Positions 62,649 to 64,000 of a stretch of DNA of 64,000 nt are shown one piece after another (the first letter of the stretch is position 1; each line of letters starts with the position of its first letter). The notes beneath the pieces were generated by a model. The model was not told the origin of the DNA and did not search any database. It worked only from the letters and a program-made list of their open reading frames with translations. The translations under genes were made by a program, and so were the position numbers. The DNA is from Paraspadella gotoi. Its lineage: Eukaryota > Animalia > Chaetognatha. The stretch lies in contig JBJCIZ010000744.1 of NCBI GenBank assembly GCA_051294375.1, positions 2,091,402 through 2,155,401 on the forward strand, given 5' to 3'.

Positions 62649-63120
62649 NNNNNNNNNNNNNNNNNNNNNNNNNNNNNNNNNNNNNNNNNNNNNNNNNNNN
62701 NNNNNNNNNNNNNNNNNNNNNNNNNNNNNNNNNNNNNNNNNNNNNNNNNNNNNNNNNNNNNNNNNNNNNNNNNNNNNNNNNNNNNNNNNNNNNNNNNNNN
62801 NNNNNNNNNNNNNNNNNNNNNNNNNNNNNNNNNNNNNNNNNNNNNNNNNNNNNNNNNNNNNNNNNNNNNNNNNNNNNNNNNNNNNNNNNNNNNNNNNNNN
62901 NNNNNNNNNNNNNNNNNNNNNNNNNNNNNNNNNNNNNNNNNNNNNNNNNNNNNNNNNNNNNNNNNNNNNNNNNNNNNNNNNNNNNNNNNNNNNNNNNNNN
63001 NNNNNNNNNNNNNNNNNNNNNNNNNNNNNNNNNNNNNNNNNTTCGACGATTTGAAATGTTGGATTTCTTTAAATAGTTTTAAAGGTTTTAAAATTAGTAT
63101 AATAAGAAAAAGGGTGACGG

Positions 63121-63171
<51 letters not shown>

Positions 63172-63348
63172 AAATCTCTCTTACTACCTCAAAACGTATT
63201 ATTATGTTATTGACTTTCTTGGTTTCAGTTGTTTATGATTTTACAGATTATATTGCATTTTTTGCATTTTGCATTTTGCATTTTTCAAACTCAGGATATG
63301 TAAAGCGCGCAGGAGAAAGAAAAGTTACTGTTTCTTACTCTTCCTTTG

Positions 63349-63384
<36 letters not shown>

Positions 63385-63479
63385 TCGCACTTACGTCACT
63401 CTTGTTGGCCTCCTATTGTTTTAGCGCCGAGAGGCTGGTCGGAGGGCGTAGCCGTCGGAATGGGGGGACCCGGCGCCGC

Positions 63480-63527
<48 letters not shown>

Positions 63528-63588
63528 ACTAATTGGGATCGTTTATGAGATCAGCTGTTTCTTGATTCTTGATGTGCGTCGGACGCTG

Positions 63589-63623
<35 letters not shown>

Positions 63624-64000
63624 GGAGGTGGGATGGGATCAAGTTTAGTCCTCACCATTTTACATCGCTTTACAATGTAAAGTATAATGTACTTAAAATC
63701 GTTTGGTAAGTTAATATACATATACATATATTGAGCATCAGTAGATATTCAATTTTGGACGCCCACGTTACGAAGAAAATAGATATTTGCATTTAGTCTA
63801 TGAAGCCAAAACGATTCGCAAATTAATAAACAGTTTAGATTTATTAAACTAATATTAATATTATATTATTTTTAACTAGAATAAAATCCGAAAAAAAAAC
63901 GTGAGGTCGAATTATTGATTATACCAATTTCATAACAATAAAATATACAAACACGTAGTGAAAAAAAGAGAGAAAATTAAATAAACGTAATTTTTTCACA

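Larger units (their letters stand above)
49846..64000. repeat. copy 2 of the ~14.4-kb tandem block; cleaner in 58.5-62.6 kb and runs off the window
   Basis: Starts right after a 25-N gap with the same sequence as 35480. Confidence 0.93.

Noticed and set aside
63425-63548. GC-rich (GCC)n exon-like segment as the last exon of the XKR fusion gene
   Set aside because: It has a plausible acceptor, but the upstream donor is in the gap and the frame differs between copies, so it cannot be assigned.

Overview
Draft genomic scaffold from an invertebrate animal, probably a protostome. It has AT-rich introns, GC-rich exons, many (GA/CT)n microsatellites, large N gaps, five gaps of exactly 25 N, and stretches of indel-rich long-read consensus. 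(1) 1015-8767 (+): the 3' part of a four-zinc-finger muscleblind (mbl/MBNL) gene, eight coding exons, with long AG-free 3' intron ends, YGCY clusters, a last exon open in two frames and a 3'UTR intron. (2) ~14-27 kb: mostly gaps and redundant or artefactual sequence, including a 355-bp duplicate and an inverted copy with ~2.4-kb arms. (3) 34576->29631 (-): a seven-exon, frame-consistent single-pass membrane protein with a ~700-aa acidic disordered tail carrying a conditional PP1 RVxF motif, RRPTP and an FFAT-like motif. (4) 35.5-64 kb: two tandem copies of a ~14.4-kb block. In the cleaner copy, the apparent single-exon XK-related (XKR) scramblase ORF ends in a splice donor. It continues in frame through four more exons into a charged linker with caspase-like D-G sites, an extra type II transmembrane helix, an SRCR domain and two C-type lectin domains. 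This predicted scramblase/pattern-recognition-receptor fusion lies downstream of tandem CLEAR/E-box motifs and is the top finding. All gene models were spliced and translated by hand; no database search was run.
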